A DNA stretch of 64,000 bases from Candidatus Ozemobacteraceae bacterium (lineage in GTDB: Bacteria; Muiribacteriota; Ozemobacteria; Ozemobacterales; Ozemobacteraceae), in the NCBI GenBank assembly GCA_035373905.1, contig DAOSOK010000013.1, positions 51,579 through 115,578 of the forward strand. The letters are read 5' to 3'. Below are positions 9,377-18,474 of the stretch, one piece after another; position 1 is the stretch's first letter, and every line of letters starts with the position of its first letter. The position numbers and the translations under genes are program-made. A model generated the notes under the pieces. That model did no database searches, was not told where the DNA came from, and saw only the letters and a program-made list of their open reading frames with translations.

Positions 9377-10629
9377 TCATTTGATGACAGTTCGTTCCCG
9401 TGCAAATTTCTCGGCCATGGCGATGCGGTCGATGGCGGGCGGGTGGCTATAGAGCCAGAAAACGCGCCAGGGATGCGGGAGCAGATCGCTCCGGTTGTCG
9501 CGCGCGAGGCGTGCCTCGGCATCGACGTAGACTTTTTCGAGGCCGGTCAGCTCGAGCGAGGCCCAGTCGGCCTGGCGTTCGAAATACTGGCTGATCTGGG
9601 CTTCGACGGGCGCCGTCAGCAGGCCAAGCACGATCGTCGCGGCGAGAAAGAACGGCAGGTTCGATGGTTTCCAGATTTCGCCCAGCAGCATCGCGGGGTC
9701 GCCCTGCAGCATCGGATACAGCCACCACAGGGCGAACGCGCCGGCGAGGGCGCCGAGAAAGCCAAGCGTGAGGCCGATGCGGACGTGATCGTGGCGCCAG
9801 TGGCCGGCCTCGTGGGCGAAGATCAGCGCCGCCTCGTCGACCGTGTGGCTCTTGATGAGCGTGTCGTAGAGAACGATGCGCTTGCGGCCGAAGAGGCCGG
9901 TGAAATAGGCATTGGTATGTTTCGAATACGTGCTCTCGTCGATCTCGTAGATGTCATCGACCGGCACTCCCGCCTGGCCCGCGATCTGCATGATGCGCTC
10001 GCGCAAGGCCCCTTCTGCCAGCGGCTTCTGCACGTAAAACAGCGGGGTGATGACGTAGGGCATCAGCAGGGTGACAGCAATTCCATACCCCGTCGTCGCA
10101 ACGGGCAGCAAGACGGGCCACCAGCTGCCGCACCATCTGAGCACGGCAAAAACCGTCATGATGCCGACGGTCTGGATCGTCCAGCCGACCAGGCAACCTT
10201 TCAGGTATCGCCAGGCCCATTGCGCCGCCGTCATCTCGCTGAACCCCATCCGGCGCTCGCAGACATGGCCCAGATAGTAATCGAACGGCATCATGCAGAG
10301 ACGCTCCGCCACGAGAACGGCGAGAACAAGCAGAGCCCCGGAAAACCAGAAACTTCCGGGCATCGCCGTTTCCAGACGCGTTTCGAGAAGTCTCATGACG
10401 CCGCTTCGCCAGAGTAGCAGCAGAATGAACAACTGGACGTAGCCGTACGCGACGCGGGCCGCGAAGCCGTTGCGGATGTATTCGCGGCCCCGGGCGATGT
10501 CGTCGGGGGTGAAGTGCCGCAGAACGAGATCGCGCCGGCCCGGGTCGGGGTCGCCATACCAGGCGAAGCCGAGAAGAATCGCCCTGACGAGCGCCCAGGC
10601 GATCACCAGCGCCCACACGTACCGCATCA
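9377..10629 (-). CDS. M48 family zinc metallopeptidase (Ste24/HtpX-like), integral membrane
   Basis: HEXXH in FAHEAGHWRHDH, multiple TM helices in the N-terminal half. Start MMRYVWALVIAW. The upstream ORF extension overlaps a REP copy. Confidence 0.8.
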
Positions 10630-10697
10630 TTCCATGCTTCCTCCTGCTGCCGCCTTGAAGCATACTCCGAGCTGAGGTGCACCGGCAATCCTCCAAT

Positions 10698-10752
10698 CGC
10701 CATAAGAGGCAGTTCGTGCTTCGATACCTCAGCACGAGCGGGAACGAAGGGT
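10698..10752. repeat. REP-like element, family A, copy 4 (right-arm half-element)
   Basis: agttcgtgcttcgatacctcagcacgagcgggaacg. Confidence 0.45.
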
Positions 10753-10841
10753 ATCGATCATGCCGCTAGATACACGTGTATCTTATCAGACAAGCAGTAT
10801 TGACAGGATTTCCGAGTGACGATACAAGTAGCAACGCACTC

Positions 10842-11054
10842 ATGACGACACAAGGTTCGAACAGCAAAACGGACGACGGCAAGAGCCGGCCGAAGATCGA
10901 CTGCCACCGGTGCGTGCACTATTTCGTCACCTGGCAGCCGTCGGCTCCGCACGGGTGCCGGGGGCACGGGTTCAAATCGCGGCAGATTCCTTCGGTCGTC
11001 GTTCAGTCGAGCTCGGGAATGCCTTGCCTACTCTATACGCCCAAGCGGTGAATC
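10842..11054 (+). CDS. possible small Cys/His-rich protein (about 70 aa)
   Basis: MTTQGSNSKTDDGKSRPKIDCHRCVHYFVTWQPSAPHGCRGHGFK... has CxxC ... HGC spacing suggestive of a zinc ribbon. No clear RBS. Sits in a 600-bp gap. Confidence 0.2.
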
Positions 11055-11343
11055 CGCCCTTCCGGGAAATGGTGTAACAACTTGGTTCCACACGCCTTTG
11101 GAGATGGGTGATGGGCATTACCAGAAATTCGCACATTTGCAATTTGGGGAGGCGTGTGATAAGGTACCGCGTCATTTCTGTGCAGGAGGCATGGTCTGGC
11201 CAGATTCGGAGGGTTCCGGGCGCATATCCGGTGCGCGTTTGTCGATTTTTCAAACAAAGTGCTCAGTTCTTTCGCGACTCGAGCCGATGAGTAACGAAGA
11301 AGATCGACCTACCGACAAACGCAAGGAGGCAATCAGCCTAACC

Positions 11344-12759
11344 ATGGAACAGTGCAACAGGATCCATTTCATCGGCATCGGCGGTGTGGGAATGAGCGGT
11401 CTCGCGCAGATCTGTCTCACCGCCGGCAAGCCGGTCAGCGGGTCTGATGTAGCCTCCAATGCCAACACCAGAGCCCTTTCCGCCGCCGGAGCCCGCATCT
11501 TCATCGGGCACGCCGCCGCGAACATCCCTGCCGATGCAGCGAAGGTCGTCGTTTCAACCGCCATTTCCGCCGAGAACGACGAGCTTCTGGAAGCGCGCCG
11601 CCGGAATCTCCCGATCTGCCACCGCTCCGATCTGCTCGCCGAGCTGTTCCTCGACGCGAACACCGGAATCGCGGTCGCCGGCTGCCACGGCAAGACGACC
11701 GTCTCATCGATGATCTCGACGGTGCTCGTCGAAGCCGGCCAGGATCCCACCTGCGTCGTCGGCGGCTTCGTGCCCGCCCTGAACGGAAACGCGCGCGCCG
11801 GCCGTTCCGAACTGTTCGTCGCCGAAGCCGATGAGAGCGACGCCACGTTCCTCAAGTATTTCCCGCACAGCGCTGTCATCACGAACATCGACAACGACCA
11901 CATGGACCACTACGAGAGCCTCGACGCGATCATCAAGGCATTCGAGATCTTCGCGAGCCATATCAATCCCGACGGCACGCTCTACCTCTGCACCGACGAT
12001 CCGATCGCGCGGAACATGACGCTTCCCGAAAACCGGCGGATCACCACCTACGGCATTTCCAACCCGGCCGATGTGATGGCCACCGAGATCGACCTCCAGC
12101 CGTTCGGCTCGAGATTCACGCTCGTCATCGGCGGCGTCCTGCGCGGCACGTTCGAGCTGCGCGTTCCCGGGCGGCATAACGTTCTCAACGCCCTTCCCGT
12201 GATCGCGTTCGGCCTCGATATCGGTCTCACCGTGCGCCAGATCCAGGACGGCCTCCGGCGCTTCCGCGGGGCCGGCCGCCGCTTCGAGCTGAAGGGCACC
12301 TGCGACGGCGTCACCGTCATCGACGATTACGGCCACCACCCGAACGAGATCAAGGCGACCCTCGCCGCGGCCAAGTCGCTGAATGCGAACCGCGTCATCG
12401 TCGTGTTCCAGCCGCACCGGTACACCCGCACCCAGTTCCTGAGCCGCGAGTTCGGCCGCTGCTTCTCGGAGTGCGACAAGGTGTTCATCACCGAGATCTA
12501 CGCCGCTTCCGAACAGCCGATCCCGGGCGTGTCCAGCAAGCTGATCATCGACCAGATGCCGGTCGCCGACCGGCGCAAGGCGAAACAGGTCAAGACCTCC
12601 GACGACCTGGCGTTCCAGCTGATGCAGATGCTCGAGCCGGGCGACGTGGTCTTCACCCTCGGCGCCGGCACGATCACCAACCTGGGAACGGAACTGCTCG
12701 ACCGGATGCGCATGAGAGCGCACCAGCTCGCCGAGCTCACCGCCCAGCCCGCCGTCTGA
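11344..12759 (+). CDS. murC: UDP-N-acetylmuramate--L-alanine ligase
   Basis: N-terminal IHFIGIGGVGMSGLA Rossmann motif, central AVAGCHGKTTVSSMI P-loop, DNDHMDHY and C-terminal Mur ligase domain. AGGAGG 13 nt upstream of ATG 11344. An alternative upstream ATG at 11287 lacks an RBS. Confidence 0.85.
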   Translation: MEQCNRIHFIGIGGVGMSGLAQICLTAGKPVSGSDVASNANTRALSAAGARIFIGHAAANIPADAAKVVVSTAISAENDELLEARRRNLPICHRSDLLAELFLDANTGIAVAGCHGKTTVSSMISTVLVEAGQDPTCVVGGFVPALNGNARAGRSELFVAEADESDATFLKYFPHSAVITNIDNDHMDHYESLDAIIKAFEIFASHINPDGTLYLCTDDPIARNMTLPENRRITTYGISNPADVMATEIDLQPFGSRFTLVIGGVLRGTFELRVPGRHNVLNALPVIAFGLDIGLTVRQIQDGLRRFRGAGRRFELKGTCDGVTVIDDYGHHPNEIKATLAAAKSLNANRVIVVFQPHRYTRTQFLSREFGRCFSECDKVFITEIYAASEQPIPGVSSKLIIDQMPVADRRKAKQVKTSDDLAFQLMQMLEPGDVVFTLGAGTITNLGTELLDRMRMRAHQLAELTAQPAV

Positions 12760-12935
12760 TTTTCAGGACTCGCCTCCCATGACGCACGTCATTGCAGCCC
12801 TGCTCATGCTGTCACTTCCGGTCTTTGCCGGCAGACTTCTTGTCGATGCGACGTTCAAATGCCTCGATTTCCTGAAACAGCGATACGGCACCTGAGGTAT
12901 TTCGCTCGTCAGGCAACAACGTCATCGGACATCAC

Positions 12936-12980
12936 CACGAGCGGGCGGGGAACACTTCCCCGCCCGCTCGTGCGTTTGAT
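12936..12980. terminator. bidirectional GC-rich hairpin between convergent murC and the M16 peptidase gene
   Basis: cacgagcgggcgggg aacacttc cccgcccgctcgtg forms a 15-bp perfect stem, followed by cgtttgat. Confidence 0.5.
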
Positions 12981-13010
12981 GCCGTGTCGCCGGCATCGCG
13001 CGTCAGCGCA

Positions 13011-15623
13011 TCACGGCGTCGTGACGCCGAGCACGTAGGAGCCGCTTCCGAGGAGGAACTCCTGCATGATCTTCTCGACGTCCTCGCGCTTCACGGATTT
13101 GATCAACTCGGGATACTTCTCGGCGTGCTCGAACCCGAGGCCGAGGAACTCGTCGCTCGAGAAGACGCCAGCCTGAGCCTCGTTGTTGACCAGTTCGAGG
13201 GCGTGCTGGCCGATAATATACTGTTTGGCATCATTGAACTCCTCGTCCGTGAAGCCCTGCGTCCGGATCTTTTCGAGTTCCTCGATCAGCCGGTTCTTTG
13301 CCGTCTCGGTCTTTTCGACGGCAGTGCTGAGAGTCGCGAAGAAGTATCCCGTCACGCGCGTGCCGACGTTCGTTGCGAACACCGAATAGGCAAGCGAGTC
13401 CTTGTCGCGCAGGTTGGTGAAGAGCCGCGAAGACATGCTTCCCGAGAGAATGTTCGTCAGGATGTCCATCGCGGGGCCCCGTGGATCGTTTCTGCTGAAG
13501 GTGCGAGTCGCAACCATGATCTGCGACTGCTCGCGATTCTTGCGCTCGGTGACCGTGACGGGAGAAGAGATCTTCTGCCATTTCGGCTCGCGCATCTCAT
13601 TGAGGCTGCCTTTATCGATGGCGGAGAGCTGTGACATCAGGCGGTCTTTCACGTCGCGAATGAAGATATCTCCGACGACCGCAACGACCATTCCCGAGCC
13701 GACGTACTGTTTTCGGAAGAATTCCTTCACGTGGGAACGGCGCATGTCCTTGACCTGGTCGGCAAGGCCGAGGCTCGGATACCCGAGAGGATGGTCGGGA
13801 AACAGCGCCTTGAGAACATGCCGGCTGGTGAACTGATACAGATCGTCTTCCTGCGCCTTGATCTGTTCGAGGGCCTGGTCACGTTCCTTTTCGAATTCAT
13901 CCTCCGGGAACGAGGCGCCGGTCAGGATCTCCATCACCAGGTCGAAGGAAGGGTCGAACTTTTCGGAGAGACACTGCATGTCGATCGACGCGTAACTTTT
14001 CGCGGCCGAACAGGAAATCTGCGTTCCGAGCGACTCGAACGCCCGGGCGATCTCTTCCGCCGACTTTTTTTCGGTTCCTTTGAGAAGCATCTCGGCGGTG
14101 AGGTTCGCCAGGCCGGCTTCGCCCTTGCCTTCGCGCATTCCGCCGGCATCGACATGGATCGAGACGGCAACGAGGGGCGACGAATGGTTCTCTCGCAGGA
14201 TCAGCCTGATCCCGTTTTCGAGGGTGACCATCTCAGGCTTCTGCGGACCTGTTGCGATGAGGGGTTCGTAGGAGATGAGGGATACGCCGTTGTCGGTGAA
14301 CAGCGTTCGGGCAACGCGCCGCACGTCATCGGTCGTGACCCCGCGAATGTGGTCGAGATAGGCATCCGCGTCTTCGAGTCGGCCGAGAATGCCCATCTGG
14401 CCGTAGGTAAACGCTTGGGACTCGGCGGTCTCGCGGGCGAAGATGGTTGCGGCAATCAACTGCTGTTTGGCTCTTTCAAGCTCTTCGGCCGAAATATCGC
14501 CGCCGGCGATCCCTTTCATCATCTCGATCACGCGCTCGCCGAACTTCCGGATCGCTCCCTGGGGCATCTGCCCGGAAACGATGAAGAGCGACGGGTCCTT
14601 GGTCGTGTAGTAGGCCGTGCCGACGTCGGTGACGAGGCGCTCCTTTTCGACGAGGGTCTGATACAGACGGGATGAACGGCCGCCGCCCATCAGCACCGAG
14701 ATGACGTCGCAGACGAAGTTGTCGGGATTGTCGATCGACGGGGCGTGCCAGGCGAGATTCGCATAGGCCTGCTGGATATCGCCCTCCTCGCGACGCTCAC
14801 GGCGGACGGTCTGGATGGGCTCGCTGGCGATCGTCTGGACGGGAACGGGAACTGCCGCTGCCGCCCCCATCGTGCGCTTCACCGTTTCGAGCGCCTGGTC
14901 GGCGTCCACGTCGCCGACGATCACGACCCACATGTTCGACGGAACATACCACCGTTTATAATATTCGTACAAAGCGTCCCTCGTCGCCGAGGCGAGAGAC
15001 GCCTCGTATCCGACGATCGGATGGCTGTAAGGATGGACCGTGTAGGCCGTTTCCTTCGTCATATCATAGAGACGATCTTCGGGCTGGTCCTTCCCCATGC
15101 GAAGCTCTTCGAGGACGACCTTCCGCTCCTTCTGGAACTCCGCTTCATCGAAGGCGCTGTTGAGCACCGCATCGGCCTGCAGTTCCATCAGCCGGGCAAA
15201 ATGCTCGCGGGCCCCGGTGACGTGGAAGCACGTGCAGTCGGACGACGTGAAGGCGTTCTGGGCGGCGCCGAGCTTTTTGATCTCGCTGTCCAGCTTTCCC
15301 GTCGGGTAGGTCGGCGTGCCCTTGAACATCATGTGCTCGATGAGATGCGTGAAGCCTTCTTCTCCGGGCCTTTCGTTTTTCGAGCCGACGCGAATCCAGA
15401 CGTTGACCGCGACGACGGGCGCCGACCGCATCTCCTTGATGAAGACGGTGAGGCCGTTTTCGAGCGTGAACAGCCTGCCGGCGTCCGCCTTTTTTACAGG
15501 GACGGCCTGTGCCGCAACGGCGGCGATGGAGAAAGCCACGAAGAGCAGACAGACAAGCGTTCGGAAGGTATTCCACGACCTGATGCGCACGGGACAAGGC
15601 CTCCTTGCTTCAATTCGGCGCAT
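13011..15623 (-). CDS. M16 (pitrilysin) family zinc peptidase, double-domain secreted form
   Basis: Inverted zinc motif HLIEHMMFKGT (HxxEH) about 60 aa after a signal-like segment LVCLLFVAFSIAAVAAQA. A second, inactive-type M16 half follows (GIRLILRENHSSPLVAVSIHVDAGG). Start chosen at MRRIEA (15623); a GTG at 15587 is possible. Confidence 0.8.
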   Translation of the reverse strand: MRRIEARRPCPVRIRSWNTFRTLVCLLFVAFSIAAVAAQAVPVKKADAGRLFTLENGLTVFIKEMRSAPVVAVNVWIRVGSKNERPGEEGFTHLIEHMMFKGTPTYPTGKLDSEIKKLGAAQNAFTSSDCTCFHVTGAREHFARLMELQADAVLNSAFDEAEFQKERKVVLEELRMGKDQPEDRLYDMTKETAYTVHPYSHPIVGYEASLASATRDALYEYYKRWYVPSNMWVVIVGDVDADQALETVKRTMGAAAAVPVPVQTIASEPIQTVRRERREEGDIQQAYANLAWHAPSIDNPDNFVCDVISVLMGGGRSSRLYQTLVEKERLVTDVGTAYYTTKDPSLFIVSGQMPQGAIRKFGERVIEMMKGIAGGDISAEELERAKQQLIAATIFARETAESQAFTYGQMGILGRLEDADAYLDHIRGVTTDDVRRVARTLFTDNGVSLISYEPLIATGPQKPEMVTLENGIRLILRENHSSPLVAVSIHVDAGGMREGKGEAGLANLTAEMLLKGTEKKSAEEIARAFESLGTQISCSAAKSYASIDMQCLSEKFDPSFDLVMEILTGASFPEDEFEKERDQALEQIKAQEDDLYQFTSRHVLKALFPDHPLGYPSLGLADQVKDMRRSHVKEFFRKQYVGSGMVVAVVGDIFIRDVKDRLMSQLSAIDKGSLNEMREPKWQKISSPVTVTERKNREQSQIMVATRTFSRNDPRGPAMDILTNILSGSMSSRLFTNLRDKDSLAYSVFATNVGTRVTGYFFATLSTAVEKTETAKNRLIEELEKIRTQGFTDEEFNDAKQYIIGQHALELVNNEAQAGVFSSDEFLGLGFEHAEKYPELIKSVKREDVEKIMQEFLLGSGSYVLGVTTP

Positions 15624-15781
15624 TTTAGCACAGGAAGCAACCAAACGGCAGATCCAGCGCTCCATTTCCCATAGGCCGTCGGAAAAGCCGCGCACGCGCC
15701 GAATTTGAAGTTTCTTTCTTGTGTCCGTGAAGAATTCTGCCGATAGCTAATGACAAACTCATTTCCATTGGAGAACGCCGA

Positions 15782-17011
15782 ATGAATCTGCGAACACGAA
15801 ATTTCCTCATCGGAAGCCTCTCAGCCATCACATTAACCGCAGCCGTGACCGATGTGCGGGTCCTCGAGGCCATCAGCGAGAACCCGGCTTTCAGCAGCGT
15901 CAGCCCCGAGCTTCGTCTCGGGGTCGACCTCGGTATTCTCGACGAGTCGGACCTGGACAGTGCCTCGCTTTCGGCACCGATCACACGCCGTTCATTCGCC
16001 GTCATTCTCAAGAAAGTCCTGCAGATGGTCGGCGCGCCGACCGGATCGGAACTTTCCGATCTCCACACGTCAGGGATTTTCAATCCAGCGCCGCATAAAA
16101 GGGGCGTATCGCGCAAGGCCGCACTCGAAGCCCTTGCCCGAACAACCATCTATCTTTCCGACAACGGCTTCATCACCCTCGAGGAAAAAACGGCTCAGAA
16201 TTTCACGGATTACCGGATTCCGGAAAAATACACCCAGGCGATCGCATTCCTGCGCGAGAAAGAGATCGCCCGCGGCTATCCCGACGGCCGGTTTGGCGTT
16301 TCCCGCCTTCTGTCGAAACGGGAAGCCGTCTCCCTGCTGTATCGTTTCTACGAGCAGATTTCGGCTTCGCTGATGATGAAAGGCGATACGAAAGGCCTCC
16401 AGTTCGTCGATCTGCCGCTCGATCATCCGGCCATGGCCAGTCTGAGAGCTATGGAAAACGCGGGCGCCTTCGACACGATGAAGTTTTCCCGGAGTTTCGA
16501 CGGGTATTCGCCCCTTCGCATCAACGAAGCCGTGGCAATCGTCGAAGGCATTCTCAACAAATACTCGCATACCGAGGAAGCGGCCGCCGTAAAAGGACTC
16601 CTGTCCGACCCGGCATCAACGCTTCCTACGACCCGTGGCGAGCTCACGATCCTGCTCGGGCACATGGTCAAGGCGTTTCCCGCCGAGATCGGCATCGTTC
16701 CCGAGGCCTACTGTTATAACGACGTTGCCGCCGGCACGAAAGAGGCGCAGGCCCTTGAGGCTCTCGGGAACAAGGGACTGTTCATCGGCTATCCGAACGG
16801 GACGTTCATGGGCATGGAAATCATCACCAGATTTGAAGCCGTCGGAATCATCGGCACGGTTCTCACCACCCTGCAGTTGGTTCCCTCCGATTCCGGCGTT
16901 CAGCTCGCCGGCAAATCGGATTTCGAGTCGTTCGCGAACCTTCTGAGGGAAAAGCGGGCGCGAATTCAGAGCATTCTCCATCGCAAGCCTCGTGCGTCGG
17001 CGGAGCGGTGA
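15782..17011 (+). CDS. S-layer-homology (SLH) domain-containing exported protein
   Basis: Signal peptide MNLRTRNFLIGSLSAITLTAAVTDV. SLH-like blocks: FTDYRIPEKYTQAIAFLREKEIARGYPDGRFGVSRLLSKREAVSLL, FVDLPLDHPAMASLRAMENAGAF, YNDVAAGTKEAQALEALGNKGLFIGYPNGTFMGMEIITRFEAVGII. Confidence 0.55.
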   Translation: MNLRTRNFLIGSLSAITLTAAVTDVRVLEAISENPAFSSVSPELRLGVDLGILDESDLDSASLSAPITRRSFAVILKKVLQMVGAPTGSELSDLHTSGIFNPAPHKRGVSRKAALEALARTTIYLSDNGFITLEEKTAQNFTDYRIPEKYTQAIAFLREKEIARGYPDGRFGVSRLLSKREAVSLLYRFYEQISASLMMKGDTKGLQFVDLPLDHPAMASLRAMENAGAFDTMKFSRSFDGYSPLRINEAVAIVEGILNKYSHTEEAAAVKGLLSDPASTLPTTRGELTILLGHMVKAFPAEIGIVPEAYCYNDVAAGTKEAQALEALGNKGLFIGYPNGTFMGMEIITRFEAVGIIGTVLTTLQLVPSDSGVQLAGKSDFESFANLLREKRARIQSILHRKPRASAER

Positions 17012-17045
17012 GAAAAAGATTCCCCCGGCCGAAGCCGGGGGAAAA
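17011..17045. terminator. shared hairpin between convergent genes; T-run on the minus strand
   Basis: cccccggccgaagccggggg; the minus-strand reading is followed by aatcttttt. Confidence 0.45.
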
Positions 17046-17064
17046 CGAAGCGAAAAGGCGGCAG

Positions 17065-17652
17065 CTAAGCGTTGCCGACCTCTCTCGTGAAGGACAAGGC
17101 ACGAACGACCGCGGCGTCTTTCACCGTAGGACACCCGATGATCTGGGAGACGAGAGACGCGGCCTCGAGGGCATTTTCGAGACTTCTTCCGCAATACAGT
17201 CTTACGGTGCTGAATCCCTGATGATTTCTCACATACGCCTTGATCGACCACATGCAGGCCTTCGCCGTCAGCAGGCATTCGGCCGTGGGACAGACTTCGA
17301 TCTGCATGATATCCATGAAGTGGCAGGAAGCCGACTGGTGAACGAACAGTCCGTTCTCCTCAAGTTCGATTTTTTTGTCGCGTTTGCTGATGACGACGTT
17401 TTTCCGATAGGTCATGATCATGCCGCCGATGGCGGCGAGAGCGACGGCGGCGCAAATGCTGCCGAGTTTCACGAAGCTGAAGAAACAGAGGAGCCGGTGC
17501 CCGGCCACGATCTGCCACGCCATGCAAAGGCCCGCCAGGATGAAGGCGAAACCCAGAGCGGAACAGCCGCGGGACGTTCTGAACACGACGTCGATCGGAC
17601 AGTTGTCTTCGATCTTCATACCTTTCAAAAAACTCAGGAATGTCATTCTCAA
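17065..17652 (-). CDS. hypothetical membrane protein with Cys-rich C-terminal region
   Basis: Two to three TM segments (LGFAFILAGLCMAWQIVAG, LGSICAAVALAAIGGMIM). C-terminal CHFMDIMQIEVCPTAECLLTAKAC cluster. No family recognised. Confidence 0.4.
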   Translation of the reverse strand: MRMTFLSFLKGMKIEDNCPIDVVFRTSRGCSALGFAFILAGLCMAWQIVAGHRLLCFFSFVKLGSICAAVALAAIGGMIMTYRKNVVISKRDKKIELEENGLFVHQSASCHFMDIMQIEVCPTAECLLTAKACMWSIKAYVRNHQGFSTVRLYCGRSLENALEAASLVSQIIGCPTVKDAAVVRALSFTREVGNA

Positions 17653-17853
17653 TGCTCCGCTCTCATCGATTTTATAAATGTATTCAACTTCGAAAGTAGG
17701 CGGATAGTATCAGATTTATTTGCATTGAGTCAACGCTTTTTGCCATTGAAAATGGCGTACCCCGGGACTTTCGCGCTCTATATATGTTTTAGATGAATAT
17801 TATTTTCCGTGTACATCTTATTCGGCTCCCGCAGAGGTTTTCCTGAAATATTT

Positions 17854-17880
17854 AAGGCCGGATTTTTCATCCGGCCTTTT
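17854..17880. terminator. hairpin with flanking T-runs in an AT-rich island; terminator of the DUF523 gene and/or of a plus-strand transcript
   Basis: aaggccggat ttttc atccggcctt followed by tt on the plus strand. The reverse reading is followed by aaatattt. Confidence 0.4.
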
Positions 17881-17912
17881 GCAACGCCTCGAGTACGGTT
17901 GTCTGTACATAT

Positions 17913-18461
17913 TTAAAAGCTTTTCCAGTTCAGACTCCGCGTAAGCAAGTGTACACATCCGGGATCCGTCTCGCGATTCCACGATTCAACGAGATCCTGG
18001 TGAGACACGGTCGGAATTCCCAGACGGTGCAGAACGAACGTCGCCAGCCCGACTCCGGCGATGGGCTTTCCGCCGAAACTGCCGTCATACACCCGATGTA
18101 CCCCGCACGACGGGCTCCGCTCCGAGAGAATAGCCCCGTCGGCGGTGAGCGTCCGGGCAATGTGGCCCGCGGCTTCCGCGCCTGCGACGAACGGTCTCGT
18201 CACGTCCGCCCCGTCGATCGCGAGGACGCGCGTGCGGCCGGCCAGAACCGATTCGGCGCTTCCCTGGAGTTCGGAGGGAAGCCTCGGCGTCGGCAGTCCG
18301 CCGAGCTGCTCGGGACAGACCGGAACAAAAACGATGCCCGCCGCTTTCGCGGCAGGCACCAGTCTGCAGAAGTGGGATTCCCAGGCCGGATGGAATGTTC
18401 CCTTGTAGTTGCTCGCTACGCCAAGAAGGCAGGCGCTGACGAGGATGATCCGGCCTGGCAC
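17913..18461 (-). CDS. DUF523 family protein (YbbK-like)
   Basis: N-terminal ILVSACLLGVASNYKGTF ... IVFVPVCPEQLGGLPTPR and CGVHRVYDGSFGGKPIAGVG match the DUF523 signature. Confidence 0.7.
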   Translation of the reverse strand: MPGRIILVSACLLGVASNYKGTFHPAWESHFCRLVPAAKAAGIVFVPVCPEQLGGLPTPRLPSELQGSAESVLAGRTRVLAIDGADVTRPFVAGAEAAGHIARTLTADGAILSERSPSCGVHRVYDGSFGGKPIAGVGLATFVLHRLGIPTVSHQDLVESWNRETDPGCVHLLTRSLNWKSF

Positions 18462-18474
18462 GGAGAATCGCCCA

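Noticed and set aside
12781-12897. 38-codon ORF (MTHVIAALLMLSLPVFAGRLL...) in the murC/M16 convergent gap
   Set aside because: No RBS, very short, and it lies between two stop codons just before a bidirectional terminator. Insufficient support for a gene.
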